NCBI GenBank assembly: GCA_963816545.1 | Contig: CAWFLE010000001.1 | Location: forward strand, 528,745 to 592,744 | Direction: 5' to 3' | DNA from: an uncultured Alphaproteobacteria bacterium | GTDB lineage: Bacteria > Pseudomonadota > Alphaproteobacteria > Rhodobacterales > Rhodobacteraceae | DNA length: 64,000 bases | Shown here: positions 9,370-19,382 of the stretch, in pieces | Position numbering within the stretch: position 1 is the first letter of the stretch | Layout: each line of letters starts with the position of its first letter | Made by a program: the position numbers and the translations under genes | The notes under the pieces: generated by a model | Databases searched by the model: none | Seen by the model: only the letters and a program-made list of their open reading frames with translations | What the model was told of the DNA's origin: nothing

Positions 9370-10283
9370 CGCCCGCCGTGATGCGGGACGCGGTCGCGCA
9401 TCACCGTGCCTGTCACGGGATGAGCGAGCGGCGGGCGTGCACCTTGGACCGCAGCTCGGTCCGCTACCGAAGCCGGCGCCCCGACGATGCTGGCCTGCGC
9501 CGGCGCCGGCGCGAGCTGGCGGAGCAGCGCCGGCGGTTCGGCTATCGCCGGCTGCATGTGCTGCTGCGTGCGGAGGGCTGGGCCATGAACCGCAAGAAGA
9601 CCCAGCGGCTCTACGGTGAGGAGGGGCTGGCTGTGCGGCGGCGCAGATCCCGCCGCCGGATCGCGGTCGCGCGCACGCCGATACCGGCGCCGGACGGACC
9701 GAACAGCCGCTGGTCGATGGACTTCGTGCATGACCAACTGGCCGGCGGAGGCAGGTTCCGCGTGCTGAACATCATCGACGACGTGACGAAGGAGTGTCTG
9801 GCGGCGATCCCGGACGCCTCGATCTCCGGCAGACGGGTCGTCCGGGAGCTGAAGGTCCTCATCGAGACCCGCGGCAAGCCACGCATCGTGGTCAGCGACA
9901 ACGGGACGGAGTTCACCTCGACGGCCGTCCTGACCTTCGCGCAGGCGGAGAAGCTGGACTGGCGATACATCGCGCCGGGAAAGCCGACCCAAAACGCCTT
10001 CGCCGAGAGCTTTCAGGGCCGGATGCGGGACGAATGCCTCAACGAGCACCTGTTTTTCTCGATGAACCACGTCCGGGCGATCCTCCGCGGATGGGTCGAC
10101 GACTACAACACCGTGAGGCCGCACTCGGCGATCGGCTACATGACGCCGGCCGCCTACGCAGCCTCCCTGAAACCGCAATGGGCATCGCCGCTGCACGACC
10201 TCGAAGGCTCCGCGCCGCTGCCCATTGCTCACGCCGCCCTGACGGGCAAATCTCAACCCACGATTCCGGCCGCCCGCGGATGA
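9357..10283 (+). CDS. IS3-family transposase OrfB (DDE), expressed by -1 frameshift at A7 (9357-9363)
   Basis: [41 protein letters not shown]. Confidence 0.9.
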   Translation, partial: KKMVTPAVMRDAVAHHRACHGMSERRACTLDRSSVRYRSRRPDDAGLRRRRRELAEQRRRFGYRRLHVLLRAEGWAMNRKKTQRLYGEEGLAVRRRRSRRRIAVARTPIPAPDGPNSRWSMDFVHDQLAGGGRFRVLNIIDDVTKECLAAIPDASISGRRVVRELKVLIETRGKPRIVVSDNGTEFTSTAVLTFAQAEKLDWRYIAPGKPTQNAFAESFQGRMRDECLNEHLFFSMNHVRAILRGWVDDYNTVRPHSAIGYMTPAAYAASLKPQWASPLHDLEGSAPLPIAHAALTGKSQPTIPAARG

Positions 10284-10429
10284 GCGCAAGGGGTCAGGTC
10301 AAGGGAAACAAGTCCGACGTAGAACTCGCCGCTCAGCGCCGGAAACTCGGGCGCACCAACACCCGCCCCCACGCTTGCCTCCGGCCCCCATCCCCCCTAT
10401 CCCTCCCGGCAAACCCGGGAGCGCGCTTC

Positions 10430-11390
10430 ATGCACACCTATCTCGACTTCGAAAAATCCCTCTCCGAGATCGAAGGGAAGGCCGAGGAGCTTCGCGCGCT
10501 GGGCCGGCAGGACCCCCAGATGGACGTGGAGAACGAGGCCAAGGCGCTCGACGCCCGCGCGAAGTCCATGCTCCAGGACCTCTACAAGGGGCTCGACCCG
10601 TGGCGGAAGTGCCAGGTGGCGCGCGCATCCGCTCCGGCCCCATGCGCTCGACTACATCAATGCGCTGTTCACCGAGTACACGCCGCTGGCGGGGGACCGG
10701 AACTTCGCGGAGGACAAGGCGGTGGTGGGGGGCCTCGCCCGGTTCCATGACCGGCCGGTGGTGGTGTTCGGGCATGAGAAGGGGCACGACACCGGCTCCC
10801 GCCTCGAACGCAACTTCGGGATGGCGCGGCCGGAGGGGTACCGCAAGGCCCAGCGGCTGATGAAGATGGCCGACCGCTTCGACCTGCCGGTCATCACCCT
10901 GATCGACACCGCCGGCGCCTATCCCGGCAAGGGCGCCGAGGAGCGCGGCCAGTCCGAGGCCATCGCCATGTCCACCGCAACCTGCCTCGAAATCAAGGTC
11001 CCCCTGATCTCGGTGGTGATCGGCGAGGGCGGCTCCGGCGGCGCCGTGGCCTTCGCCACCGCGGACCGGGTGGCGATGCTGGAGCACTCGATCTACTCGG
11101 TGATCTCTCCCGAGGGCTGCGCCTCGATCCTGTGGAAGAACGCCGCCAAGACCAGGGAGGCCGCCGAGGCGCTGCGCCTGACCGCGCAGGACCTGCACAA
11201 GCTGGGCGTGATCGACCGGATCATCCCCGAGCCTGTGGGCGGCGCGCAGCGCGACCGGGGACTCACGCTCTCGCGGGTGGAACAGGCCCTGCAGGAGATG
11301 CTGGGCGAGCTCGACGCGCTGGGCCCCAAGGCGCGGCGCGACCAGCGGCGGAAGAAATTCCTGGAGATGGGGGCCCGCGGGCTCGCCTGA
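10430..11390 (+). CDS. accA: Acetyl-CoA carboxylase carboxyltransferase alpha, with a +1 frameshift near 10625 (probably a sequence error)
   Basis: MHTYLDFEK...CQVAR / [11 protein letters not shown]...[45 protein letters not shown]. Confidence 0.9.
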
Positions 11391-11498
11391 CCGTAAGGCG
11401 GCCTCGCACTTGGCCTGATAGGCGCTACCGTGGGTTGAACGCGCGTCCGTTATCCGCGCGCTCGCGCAGTTCAGCTTCCGCGTATCAGGAGGCCCCCC

Positions 11499-11954
11499 AT
11501 GCGCCGTTCGCCATGGATGCTGTCGGCGTCGATCGCCGCCGCTCTGTCTCCGCTCCCGACCCTCGCCGCCCATGTGAACCAGTCGGACCTGAGACGTCCG
11601 CAGGGGCCGCTGTTCAAGCCGGACGCGGCCTGGACCCTGCCGTTCGAAGGGAGCGTGGCGAGGGACTGCTCCGTCGCCAACCTGATGCAGGTCGTGCTGG
11701 ACGCCTCGCCGCCGGAGGTCGCGGAACCGCTGCGCGGCCGGCTGGAGGACCCGATCCTGATGCCGGCCGCGCTTCAGGTCGCGGGCGCCGCGATGATGCG
11801 GGCGCGGCCGGAAGTCCCGGCGCGGCCGCGCACCGAAGCCCTGAGCCAGGAGCAGATGACCATCCTGTCGCTCATCGGGCCGGCGGTGCTGATCCTCGCC
11901 GGCTCCAGCGTCGCGCTCGTGGCGCGCGCGCCGGGCGGCATCGGCCGGGGCTGA
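11499..11954 (+). CDS. Hypothetical exported protein with C-terminal hydrophobic helix
   Basis: AGGAGG RBS; signal-peptide-like N-terminus MRRSPWMLSASIAAALSPLPTLA; C-terminal ILSLIGPAVLILAGSSVALVAR. Confidence 0.6.
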   Translation: MRRSPWMLSASIAAALSPLPTLAAHVNQSDLRRPQGPLFKPDAAWTLPFEGSVARDCSVANLMQVVLDASPPEVAEPLRGRLEDPILMPAALQVAGAAMMRARPEVPARPRTEALSQEQMTILSLIGPAVLILAGSSVALVARAPGGIGRG

Positions 11955-11992
11955 GCGCCCGGGCCGGGCCGGGCCGGAGCCGGGCTACGCCG

Positions 11993-13423
11993 CTAGAGGC
12001 CCATGGCGCGGTAGCTGTCCGCTACGCGGCCGATGGAGACGAGATAGGCCGCCATCCGCAGGTCCGGCACGTCGTCGCGCGAGCGCCAGACCGCGCGCAT
12101 GGCCTGGTAGGCCTCCCGCATGGTGTCGTCGAGGCCGGAGCGCACCAGCTCCAGCTCCGTCGCGCCCTTGAGGTAGCGGTCCCTGAAGGCGGCCGACAGC
12201 GCCTCGCCGCCCGAGGCGCCGTGCAGGCGGTCGATCTCGTCCACCAGAAGCTGGTGACGCGCCTCCTCCCGCCGCCGCTCCATGCGGCCGAAGCGGATGT
12301 GGCTGAGGTTCTTGACCCATTCGAAATACGACACCGTCACGCCGCCGGCGTTGGCGTAGAGGTCGGGGATGATGACCACGCCGCGCTCGCGCAGCATCTC
12401 GTCGGCGCCGGCGGTGATGGGGCCGTTGGCGGCCTCCACGATCAGGCGGGCGGCGATCCGGTCGGCGTTGTTGACGTGGATCGCGCCCTCCATCGCGGCG
12501 GGGATGAGGATGTCGCAGGGGTTCTCCAGCGCCGCGGCGGCATCCGTGACGTAGCGGCCGCGGGCGAAACCGCGCACGCCGCCGCATTCGTTCATGTGGG
12601 CGCGCAGGGCCTCGATGTCGATGCCGTCGTCGTCGAGGATGGCGCCGTCATGCTCGGCCACCGCCACGATCTTCGCCCCGTCCTCCTCCGACAGGAACTT
12701 CGCCGCGTGGTAGCCCACGTTGCCCAGCCCCTGCACGCCGATGCGCTTGCCGTCCAGCGTCCCGTCCAGCCCCGCCTCCGCCACGTCCTCCCTGTGGCGG
12801 AAGAACTCCCGCAGGGCGAACTGGATGCCGCGGCCGGTGGCCTCGGTCCGCCCCTCGATGCCGCCCTGCGCCACGGGCTTGCCGGTGACGCAGGCGCGGG
12901 CGTTCATGTCGGTGGTGGCCATGCGCCGGTACTGGTCGGCGATCCAGGCCATCTCGCGCTCCGAGGTGCCCATGTCCGGGGCGGGGACGTTCTGGGAGGG
13001 GTGGATCAGGTCGCGCTTGATCAGCTCGAAGGCGAAGCGGCGGGTGATGCGTTCGAGCTCGTCCTCCTCCCACTCCCTGGGGTTGATGCGCAGGCCGCCC
13101 TTGGAGCCGCCGAAGGGCGCTTCCACCAGCGCGCACTTGTAGGTCATCAGGGCGGCGAGGGCCTCCACCTCGTCCTGGTTCACGGACATGGCGTAGCGGA
13201 TGCCGCCCTTCACAGGCTCCAGATGCTCCGAGTGGACGGCGCGGTAGCCGGTGAAGGTGTGGATGCCGCCCCTGAGCCGAACGCCGAAGCGGACGGTGTA
13301 GGTGGAGTTGCAGACGCGGATCTTCTCCTCCAGCCCCGGAGACAGGTCCATGAGCGCCGCGGCGCGGCTGAACATGAGGTCCACGGATTGGCGGAAGCTG
13401 GGCTCGGCCTGCAGGTCCTTCAT
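11993..13423 (-). CDS. gdhA: Glu/Leu/Phe/Val dehydrogenase (glutamate dehydrogenase)
   Basis: PVKGGIRY, MTYKCA, PFGGSKGG, VPAPDMGT, GRTEATGRG, QGLGNVG, EAANGP, NAGGVTVSYFEW. Confidence 0.9.
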   Translation of the reverse strand: MKDLQAEPSFRQSVDLMFSRAAALMDLSPGLEEKIRVCNSTYTVRFGVRLRGGIHTFTGYRAVHSEHLEPVKGGIRYAMSVNQDEVEALAALMTYKCALVEAPFGGSKGGLRINPREWEEDELERITRRFAFELIKRDLIHPSQNVPAPDMGTSEREMAWIADQYRRMATTDMNARACVTGKPVAQGGIEGRTEATGRGIQFALREFFRHREDVAEAGLDGTLDGKRIGVQGLGNVGYHAAKFLSEEDGAKIVAVAEHDGAILDDDGIDIEALRAHMNECGGVRGFARGRYVTDAAAALENPCDILIPAAMEGAIHVNNADRIAARLIVEAANGPITAGADEMLRERGVVIIPDLYANAGGVTVSYFEWVKNLSHIRFGRMERRREEARHQLLVDEIDRLHGASGGEALSAAFRDRYLKGATELELVRSGLDDTMREAYQAMRAVWRSRDDVPDLRMAAYLVSIGRVADSYRAMGL

Positions 13424-13647
13424 CGGGAGCGTCTCCTTCATCGCGGATCCTAGTCGTCGCGCGGTCGGGGCCGGAGAGCAAGACGTTCAAGCGGCGCAAC
13501 GGTGTTCGAGGGCGGAGGCGCGCGGCCGGGCCGCCGGCCCGCGCGCATGGCGCGCCCGTCCGCAGGCGCGGCCGGATGTCTCCGCCGCGGCGGAGCCATG
13601 GGCCGGCTTCGCGCGCCGTCCATGGCCGGGCGCCCCTTGGCCGCGGG

Positions 13648-16233
13648 TCACGCCCCCCGGGGTTTGGCGCGGGCGGTGGGCTCGGCCTCCCACGGGCGTT
13701 CGGGCCAGGGATGGCGGAGGTAGCGGCCGCGCAGGTCGCGCCGCACGTCCGCCCAGGCGCCGCGCCAGAAGCCCGGAAGGTCCTGCGTGGTGGCCGCAGG
13801 GCGGCGAGCCGGGGACAGCAGGTCCAGCAGCAGCGGAACCTCGCCCGCCGCCGTGGTCAGGGTCGGATGACGGTCGAGGCCGAACAGCTCCTGCACCCGG
13901 ACCTCGATGGCGGGCGGCTCGCGCCCGTAGTCGATGGGGCAGCGCGTGCCCGTGGGGGCGACCCAGACGGCCGGCGCGGCGGCCTCCAGCGCCTGCCGCC
14001 GGGGCCAGTCCAGCCCCCCCTCCAGGATCGAGGCGAGGTTCAGGCCGGAGAGCCCCTCCGCGCTGCGGATGTCGGCGAGATGCGGGGTCAGCCACGCGTC
14101 CAGCGACGCCTCCAGCGCGGCGTCCGACCAGTCCGGCAGGTCCGCCCCATGCGCCCGCGCGAAGGCGGCGCGGGCGCGGAGGCGGTCGGCGGCGCCGGCC
14201 CAGGGCAGGAAGCCCAACCCCAGCGCGCGCACGCCGTCGGCCATCGCCTGCGCCCGCGCCTCGGGCGGGGCGTCGCGCCAGGGGCGGTCCTCCAGCGCCA
14301 GCGCGCCGAGCATCCGCCGCCTGCGGGCGACCACCGCACGGTCGCGCGGGGACCATTCGCAGACCTCAGCCTCGGAGAGGCGGTCGGCGAAGAGGTCCTC
14401 CAGGTCCGAGGCCGAGAGCGCCGCCGCCCGCCTCACCCGCGCCTCGCGCAGGTCGCCGTCGGTGTCGGCCACCGCCAGCAGGCGCGAGGCGCCCAGCCCG
14501 TCCTCCGCCTCCAGCCAGGCGCCCTTGCCGCCCGAGAGCAGGTAGCGCGGCGCCTCCCCCGCCTTGCGCTCCGGCCGCTTCAGCGCCACCCGGTCGGGAT
14601 AGGCGCGGGCCGCGTGGCGCGCGAGGGCGGCCGGAGCGAACGGTCCCGGCCGCCCCACCGCCGGCGTCTTGCGCCCCAGCGCCCGCGCCGCCGCCCCGGC
14701 CAGCCTGCGCGCGGCCTCCCGCGCCGCCTCCACCCGGCCGCGGTCCGCCTCCCCCCGCTCCCGCGCATAGCGTCCCGGGTCCCTCAGCGCGTCGATCCTG
14801 AGCGAGAGGTCCGCCGGCGCGCGGGCGGGCAGCGGATCCCGCTCCTCCAGCACGGCGGCGAGCTCCGCGGCCAGCCCCCAGTCCTCGCCCGCCTCCGCCG
14901 CCTTCAGGATCATGTGCCCGAGCCGCGGATGCGCCGGCAGGGCCGCAAGCCTGCGCCCGTGGGCCGTGGGCGAGCCGGCCGCGTCCAGCGCCTCCAGCCC
15001 CTCCAGCAGGGCCCGCGCCTCGGCCATCGCCGCGGGCGGCGGAGGGTCGAGGAACATCAGCCCCTCCGGCGCCGCCCCCCAGACCGCCAGCTCCAGCGCC
15101 AGCCCCGCGAGGTCCGTCTCAAGGATCTCGGCCGGCGGGTGCGCGGCCAGCGCCCCCTCCTCCGCCTTCGTCCACAGCCGGAAGCACACGCCCGGCTCCA
15201 GCCGCCCCGCCCGGCCCCGACGCTGTTCGACCTCGGCCCGCGTCGCCGCCCCCGTGACCAGCCGCGCCATGCCGGAGCCGGGATCGAAGCGCGGCCGACG
15301 CGCGAGGCCCCCGTCCACCACCACCCGCACCCCCTCCACGGTCAGCGAGGTCTCGGCGATGGAGGTCGCCAGCACCAGCTTCCGCCCCGCGCGCGCCGGC
15401 GCCAGCGCCGCCCGCTGCGCCGCCAGCGGCATCGCCCCGTGGATCGGCCGAACCTCCACATCCGCAGGCAGCCGCCCCGCCACCCGCTGCGCGACGCGGT
15501 TGATCTCCCCCACCCCCGGCAGGAAGGCGAGCGCCGAGCCCCCCTCCGCCCCCATCGCCTCCGCGATCAGGTCCGCCATCGCGTCCTCGAACCGCGGCCC
15601 CCGCCGCCCGGCGGGCGCCTTCCACGGCCGCTCCAGCCACCGCGTCTCCACCGGGTGGGCCCGACCCTCCGAGACGATCACCGGCGCCTCCAGCAGCGCC
15701 GCCAGCCGCCCCGTCTCCAGCGTCGCGGACATGGCGAGGATCCGCAGGTCCTCCCGCAGCGCCCCCTGCGCCTCCAGCGCCAGCGCGAGGCCCAGGTCCC
15801 CCTGCATCGACCGCTCATGGATCTCGTCGAAGATCACGGCGGAGATGCCGGAGAGCTCCGGGTCGGACTGGAGCATCCGGGTCAGCACGCCGTCGGTGAC
15901 CACCTCGATGCGGGCGCCGGGCACGCTCTCCCCCCGGATGCGGTAGCCGACCCGGCCCCCCACGGTCTCCCCCAGCAGCTCCGCCATCCGCTCGGCGGCG
16001 GCCCGGGCCGCCACCCGCCGCGGCTCCAGCACCAGGATGCGCCCCGCGGCCCACGGCTCCGCCGCCAGCGCCAGGGGCGCGAGCGTGGTCTTCCCCGCCC
16101 CCGGCGGCGCCTGCAGGACCGCCCGCGTCCCCTTCCGCAGCGCCTCGCGCAGGGCGGGCAACGCCTCCTCCACCGGCAGCCCCTGCGAGGGCACGCCGGG
16201 CGCGATCTCCGGGGGGGTCGGGGCGCGGTCCAT
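13648..16233 (-). CDS. hrpB: ATP-dependent helicase HrpB
   Basis: APPGAGKTT, EPRRVAARAAA, FDEIHERS, MSAT, ATSIAETSLT, QRRGRAGR, C-terminal LLSPARRP...GRYLRHPWPE. Confidence 0.92.
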   Translation of the reverse strand: MDRAPTPPEIAPGVPSQGLPVEEALPALREALRKGTRAVLQAPPGAGKTTLAPLALAAEPWAAGRILVLEPRRVAARAAAERMAELLGETVGGRVGYRIRGESVPGARIEVVTDGVLTRMLQSDPELSGISAVIFDEIHERSMQGDLGLALALEAQGALREDLRILAMSATLETGRLAALLEAPVIVSEGRAHPVETRWLERPWKAPAGRRGPRFEDAMADLIAEAMGAEGGSALAFLPGVGEINRVAQRVAGRLPADVEVRPIHGAMPLAAQRAALAPARAGRKLVLATSIAETSLTVEGVRVVVDGGLARRPRFDPGSGMARLVTGAATRAEVEQRRGRAGRLEPGVCFRLWTKAEEGALAAHPPAEILETDLAGLALELAVWGAAPEGLMFLDPPPPAAMAEARALLEGLEALDAAGSPTAHGRRLAALPAHPRLGHMILKAAEAGEDWGLAAELAAVLEERDPLPARAPADLSLRIDALRDPGRYARERGEADRGRVEAAREAARRLAGAAARALGRKTPAVGRPGPFAPAALARHAARAYPDRVALKRPERKAGEAPRYLLSGGKGAWLEAEDGLGASRLLAVADTDGDLREARVRRAAALSASDLEDLFADRLSEAEVCEWSPRDRAVVARRRRMLGALALEDRPWRDAPPEARAQAMADGVRALGLGFLPWAGAADRLRARAAFARAHGADLPDWSDAALEASLDAWLTPHLADIRSAEGLSGLNLASILEGGLDWPRRQALEAAAPAVWVAPTGTRCPIDYGREPPAIEVRVQELFGLDRHPTLTTAAGEVPLLLDLLSPARRPAATTQDLPGFWRGAWADVRRDLRGRYLRHPWPERPWEAEPTARAKPRGA

Positions 16234-16476
16234 GGTCCGTTCCCTAACCCCGCCCCCCGCGCCTGTCACGCGACGCCCGCCGTCCCGCGGAAGCGGCCCT
16301 GCCTGCGCGAACGCGCAGGCGCGGAGGCCGAGGCCTCCGCGCGCGCCCTTCAGGCGCGCAGGGCCGCGCCGGCGTCGCTCCGCGGTCCCGCCCCGGGGGC
16401 TTCCGGCCCTCCCCCCGCCTGCGCTACAGATCGCCCCGAGAGGCGCCGCGGCGCCCGACCCCGCAGGAGCCGCCGC

Positions 16477-17517
16477 ATGCCCGAGCCCGACCCCGCCGAC
16501 CCCATCGCCGACCCGAAGGCCGAGGCGCTGGCCGACGACCTCGCCGCCCGGCTCGCCGAGGGCGACCGCCGGGCGCTGGCCCGCGGCATCACGCTGATCG
16601 AATCGACCCGCCCCGAGCACCGCCGCGCCGCCGCCGCCCTCGTCCAGCGCCTGACCTCCGCCCCGCGCGACGCGCTGCGCGTCGGCCTCTCCGGCACGCC
16701 GGGGGTCGGAAAATCCACTTTCATCGAATCCTTCGGGATGCGCCTCGCCGACGCGGGCCACAGGCTGGCGGTGCTCGCCGTGGACCCCACCTCCACCCGC
16801 ACCGGCGGCTCGATCCTCGGCGACAAGACCCGGATGGAGCGCCTCACCCGCCACCCCAACGCCTTCATCCGCCCCTCCCCCTCCGGCGCCACGCTGGGCG
16901 GCGTCGCCCGCCGCACCCGCGAGGCGATCCTGCTGTGCGAGGCCGCCGGCTTCGATCTCGTGATCGTGGAGACCGTCGGCGTCGGCCAGTCCGAGACCAT
17001 GGTCGCCGACATGACCGACGTCTTTCTCCTGCTCCTCGCCCCCGCCGGCGGCGACGAGCTGCAGGGGGTCAAGCGCGGGATCATGGAGATCTGCGACATG
17101 ATCCTCGTGAACAAGGCCGACGGAGAGCTGAAGCCGGCGGCGGAACGAACCCGCGCCGACTACGCCTCCGCCCTTCGCCTCCTGCGCGGCCGGCCCCAGG
17201 ATCCGCACGGCTTCCCAAAGGCCCTCGCCGTCTCGGCGGTGGCGTCGCAGGGGCTCGACCGGACGTGGGATGAGATCCGGAACCTCGACGGCTGGCGCCG
17301 CGAGACCGGCCGCCGCGATGCCCGCCGCCGCGAGCAGGCGGTGAGCTGGTTCAAGGCGGAGGTCGAGGAGACCCTCCTGCGCCGCTTCCGCCGCCACCCG
17401 GACGTGGCGAAGCTCTGGCCGCAGCTCGAACGCGCCGTGGCGATGGGCGAGGACGCCCCCCAGATCGCCGCCCGCCGGGCGCTCGCCGCCTTCGGCCTCG
17501 GCCCCGAGACCGACTGA
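16477..17517 (+). CDS. meaB: Methylmalonyl-CoA mutase-associated GTPase MeaB
   Basis: GLSGTPGVGKST, AVDPTSTRTGGSILGDKTRM, ETVGVGQSE, GDELQGVKRGIME, NKAD. Confidence 0.92.
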   Translation: MPEPDPADPIADPKAEALADDLAARLAEGDRRALARGITLIESTRPEHRRAAAALVQRLTSAPRDALRVGLSGTPGVGKSTFIESFGMRLADAGHRLAVLAVDPTSTRTGGSILGDKTRMERLTRHPNAFIRPSPSGATLGGVARRTREAILLCEAAGFDLVIVETVGVGQSETMVADMTDVFLLLLAPAGGDELQGVKRGIMEICDMILVNKADGELKPAAERTRADYASALRLLRGRPQDPHGFPKALAVSAVASQGLDRTWDEIRNLDGWRRETGRRDARRREQAVSWFKAEVEETLLRRFRRHPDVAKLWPQLERAVAMGEDAPQIAARRALAAFGLGPETD

Positions 17518-17800
17518 GGAAGGCGCCGCGTCGAGGTTCCGCCTGTGGGCCCCGCACCGCCCGCGGCGCGTTGCCGGCGATCCGCCGCTGGCGACCGTCG
17601 CCAGACCCGCCGACCTGCGAAAGCGCCGCGGGCCGGACGGCCGCCACGGGCGGAACCTCGGGCGCGGCGCCTCCGCCGGGGCATGGCGCCCCGGTTGACG
17701 CCCGCAGCGCGACTCGCTAAGGGAACGCCTCCGAATTCCGGCGCCGGAGCGGACGGTCCGCACGCGCCCAGACCTGAACCGAAACCGAAGGGCTATTACC

Positions 17801-18088
17801 ATGTCCCGTCGCTGCGAGCTCTCCGGCAAGGGCGTGCTGACCGGCCACAACGTCAGCCACTCCAACATCAAGACCAACCGGCGCTTCCTGCCGAACCTGA
17901 ACGACGTGACCCTCCAGAGCGAATCGCTCGGCCGGTCGTTCAAGTTCCGGGTCTCCACCTCCGCGCTGCGGACCGTGGACCATCGCGGCGGCCTCGACGC
18001 CTACCTCGCCAAGGCCAAGGACGCGGAGCTGTCGCCCAAGGCCCTCAAGGTGAAGCGCGACATCGAGAAGGCGAAGACGGCCGCCTGA
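17801..18088 (+). CDS. rpmB: 50S ribosomal protein L28
   Basis: [33 protein letters not shown]. Confidence 0.97.
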   Translation: MSRRCELSGKGVLTGHNVSHSNIKTNRRFLPNLNDVTLQSESLGRSFKFRVSTSALRTVDHRGGLDAYLAKAKDAELSPKALKVKRDIEKAKTAA

Positions 18089-18113
18089 GCGCCGCCTCCG
18101 TTCCATGACCTGC

Positions 18114-18147
18114 AGGGCCGGCCACCCCGAGGGGTGAGCCGGCCTTT
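18114..18147 (+). terminator. Probable intrinsic terminator after rpmB
   Basis: AGGGCCGGC-CACCCC-GA-GGGGTG-A-GCCGGCCTTT hairpin with short T run. Confidence 0.55.
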
Positions 18148-18544
18148 GTCGTTGCGCGTGCGTCGGGCGTCCCCGGCTCCGCGTCCGCGCCGGCGCCCGG
18201 CCTCAGCGGCGGCACGTCCTGACAGCTCGCGGCGCGAGGGCCCGCATCGGGCCCGAGCCCCCTCGAACCGCGGGGCTCGCCAAGGCCGAATTCCTCTTCG
18301 GCCCACACAGCGCCAGCGCCCCGCCGCCGCCTCCCGGCGGAAGCCCGTGGCGAAGACCGCCACCGGGTCCAGCGCCCACGCTTGCCGGCGGCCCGGGGTC
18401 GGCGGCATGACCGAGGCGGCGAACGAGACGGCGGCTGTCGACCACACGCATGTCTCCGCGCGCGCCCGCGACCCGCAGGGCCGCGCCCCCGGCCGCGGCG
18501 CCGCGGCGCTTGCCACCCGGGCCGCGGCGCCCAAGATGCGCGCC

Positions 18545-18874
18545 ATGCTGCGGCTCGTCCTCCATCTCGCGCTGATCGCGCTGCTGTCGCTGGAAGGCGC
18601 GTCCCTGCGGGCCGCCGCCCTGCCCGCTCCGGGACTGGAGGTGCATCTGTGCTCCGGCGGCGCGGCCGTGCTGCCCGGAGACCCCGCCGAGCCGCCTCAC
18701 CGCAACTGCCTCGACTGCTGCCTCGTCACGCTCGCCGCCCCTCCGGCGCCGCCGCAGGCCCCTGCCCGCAGGCTCTGCGCGGCCCGCCTGCGCCGCCGCG
18801 CCCGCGGCCGGTCCCGCGCGGGGCGCCCCGCCGCGCCGTCCCGCGCCCGCGATCCGCCGCAGCCCTTCGCCTGA
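18545..18874 (+). CDS. DUF2946-like (CruR/CutF-type) leader protein
   Basis: Hydrophobic signal-like N-terminus, LCS, CLDC (CxxC), Pro/Ala-rich linker, C-terminal RARDPP; directly upstream of a copper chaperone. Confidence 0.7.
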   Translation: MLRLVLHLALIALLSLEGASLRAAALPAPGLEVHLCSGGAAVLPGDPAEPPHRNCLDCCLVTLAAPPAPPQAPARRLCAARLRRRARGRSRAGRPAAPSRARDPPQPFA

Positions 18875-18907
18875 CCGAACCCTCCGTTCAGCCGAAAGGA
18901 CCATCCC

Positions 18908-19366
18908 ATGTTCATCCGCACCCTCGCCGCCGCGGCGGCCCTGCTCGTCGCCGCCCAGGCCCATGCCGCCGACGTCGCGGTCTCCGACGCCTACGCCCGC
19001 GCCTCGAACCCCAAGGTGGGCGGCGCCTTCATGACGCTGACCAACCACGCGGACGCGCCCGCGCGTCTCGTGGCCGTCCGCTCCGACGCCGCCGCGAAGG
19101 CGGAGCTGCACACCCACGTCATCGAGGACGGCATCGCCAAGATGCGCCCGGTCGAGGCCATCGAGATCCCGGCTGGCGGGATGCACATGCTCCAGCGCGG
19201 CGGGGACCACGTCATGCTCATGGGCCTGACCGCGCCGCTCGCGCAGGGGGACGAGGTCTCCCTCACGCTCGTCTTCGAGGACGGGACCGAACTGCCGCTC
19301 GAGGTCCAGGTGGACAACGAGCGTCACGACGCGCCCATGGAGCACGACCAGGGCCACAAGCACTGA
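18908..19366 (+). CDS. Periplasmic copper chaperone PCu(A)C
   Basis: Signal peptide, GGAFMTLTN, ELHTH...M...GGDHVMLMGL, His-rich tail. Confidence 0.9.
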   Translation: MFIRTLAAAAALLVAAQAHAADVAVSDAYARASNPKVGGAFMTLTNHADAPARLVAVRSDAAAKAELHTHVIEDGIAKMRPVEAIEIPAGGMHMLQRGGDHVMLMGLTAPLAQGDEVSLTLVFEDGTELPLEVQVDNERHDAPMEHDQGHKH

Positions 19367-19382
19367 GACCGGCGGCGGGCGC

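Larger units (their letters stand above)
9039..10301 (+). mobile_element. IS3-family insertion sequence (IS407-group-like), 1263 bp
   Basis: 15-bp perfect terminal IR TGACCTGACCCCTTG ... CAAGGGGTCAGGTCA; 4-bp target duplication AGGG (9035-9038 and 10302-10305); orfA/orfB with A7 slippery site. Confidence 0.95.

Noticed and set aside
10615-10630. Programmed frameshift or pseudogene in accA
   Set aside because: Normally essential gene, one extra base in a GC dinucleotide run, no slippery motif; most likely a sequence error.
13576-17958. Giant ORFs of 1313 aa (+) and 1436 aa (-)
   Set aside because: They are meaB and hrpB extended by stop-free antisense frames typical of high-GC DNA; not fusions.
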